Shown here: piece after piece, positions 62,700 to 64,000 of the stretch
Layout: every line of letters starts with the position of its first letter
Numbering within the stretch: the stretch's first letter is position 1
Source: Octopus sinensis
Lineage: Eukaryota
Length of the DNA stretch: 64,000 bases
Reading direction: 5' to 3'
NCBI RefSeq assembly: GCF_006345805.1
Contig: NC_043009.1
Location: forward strand, 67,580,001-67,644,000
Notes under the pieces: model-generated
What the model was told of the DNA's origin: nothing
The model's input: only the letters and a program-made list of their open reading frames with translations
Database searches by the model: none
Program-made: the position numbers and the translations under genes

Positions 62700-64000
62700 A
62701 AAGCAGAGCTAGTCTGAAGAAGGATCTTACAAGTCTTTAGTTTACCCAAAGAATAAAATCTACGCTGATATTCTCTTTCTTTTAATGGCTTTCACTTCCA
62801 ATTAATTTTGAGCAATATTTAACAAGGCAAAACAACTGAGTCTTTCTTTCTTCACGGTTGATTGGCTCAGTGACTTCAATCTCTGCAGCACAGATACTGA
62901 TTATTCACATATTGAAGAACTAACCCATAGACAAAATGGTAAGGAACAAATAGATCCGAGTAAAGAAGCAGACTGTGTGAATTTTCTTCGAAACGTATCG
63001 AAATCTATTGAGAATCCTGATAAAATGAGTTTGGATTTGTCATTTCTCCACACATTACTCCCTGGTTGCTGCTAAAACTCAAGGCAGCAACTGATCTATT
63101 TTACAGGGAACAAGACACAGGGTTTAAAGAACAGGAATTAAACTTAGAGAAGACCTTACCTTTAACGAGAATATACGATCGTAACTGTTTTGGCGGTAAT
63201 GCTGTTCAATCAAATTACTTGGAAGTTTGACCATTGACTTTGCTATCGCTTCTCCTGTTAGCAACGGATTCTGTGTTGTATTTGAGATTGCTTTAACTAA
63301 AACATAAATACCGTTAATCACATAGTCCTACGTTTTAATCTACATAATCTGCTGTTAAATACTACACTTGCACCTATGCAACTTCTAAGTCACAATGAAT
63401 GCATATCATAAAGGCTGCTTAAATCTCAGAAAAACCTGAGAAATTATCAGTGAAACTAAATGCCAAAAATTGTCACCAGGAATCTATGAGAGAGCATCGT
63501 TGAAAGATTAATGATTTGATTCAGAAGCAATTTTGTCTAGTATTACTGGTATATCTGCATAACCAGCAAGTGACAAAGAATGAATGCCTCTTCGAGAAAA
63601 AACTATCTAATTTCAGAAAAGAAAATTTGTGGCTTGGTATAGCTTGTTTCAATTCAATATTTCATTCTTAGCTGTACTATGATTTATATATTTTCACATT
63701 TTTGTTTGTTTTTTTCTTTACATTGAAGTCAACACAAATCTTCCTTGTGGCTATAGAATTATTGCTGATGTTAACATCTTCGCGCCTTTAACTATAATAA
63801 ATTGCAATTCATGGGAACGGCAGCACTAAACATTCTGCGTTTTATATAGCTTCCATACTTTCTTGAAACCAATCATCATACACTTTCCCGTGCAGTTTGT
63901 TAAGTTGCAGGTCCAAATCTTTATACATTTTCGACAATTCCTTTTGTTATTTTGTCCGCGAACATAAATACACCTAAGCATAAGTAAAGTTATAAATCTC
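62700..64000 (-). pseudogene. hAT transposase C-terminal remnant including the dimerisation domain
   Basis: 62930-62811 translates VSSSICE*SVSVLQRLKSLSQSTVKKERLSCFALLNI, matching the hAT dimerisation motif (ASxERSFSxLxRLKxxLRSTMxQERLxxLALLxI). The upstream part is weakly transposase-like with many stops and runs off the window. Confidence 0.75.

Overview
AT-rich, extremely microsatellite-dense eukaryotic DNA with no intact protein-coding gene that I can support. It is probably an intergenic or long intronic region of a coleoid cephalopod (Octopus-like); that assignment is inferred from recalled repeat families and (TA)n/(CA)n/(ATGT)n density, not from a search. Nearly all ORFs in the supplied track are translations of microsatellites. 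Recognisable content: three or four families of tRNA-headed SINEs (about 25 copies); decayed coding fragments of a Penelope-like element (PLE, 40.1-40.9 kb), a Tx1/L1-clade LINE (44.2-45.4 kb), Tc1 and mariner transposases, an RTE LINE and a hAT transposase (62.7-64 kb); Tigger-, mariner- and hAT-type MITEs; a retroelement found only inside (TAA)n tracts; and an ~862-bp tandem duplication. Two unexplained signals stand out. (1) Five sequence-distinct hammerhead-ribozyme (HHR)-like motifs; the best is a near-complete minimal type I HHR on the minus strand at 8044-8087. (2) At least eight local fold-back or inverted duplications, many at (TA)n tracts and at ends of PLE-like repeats. Together these suggest families of HHR-bearing, PLE-dependent non-autonomous elements (retrozyme-like) that favour TA microsatellites. 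All alignments and folds were done by eye.
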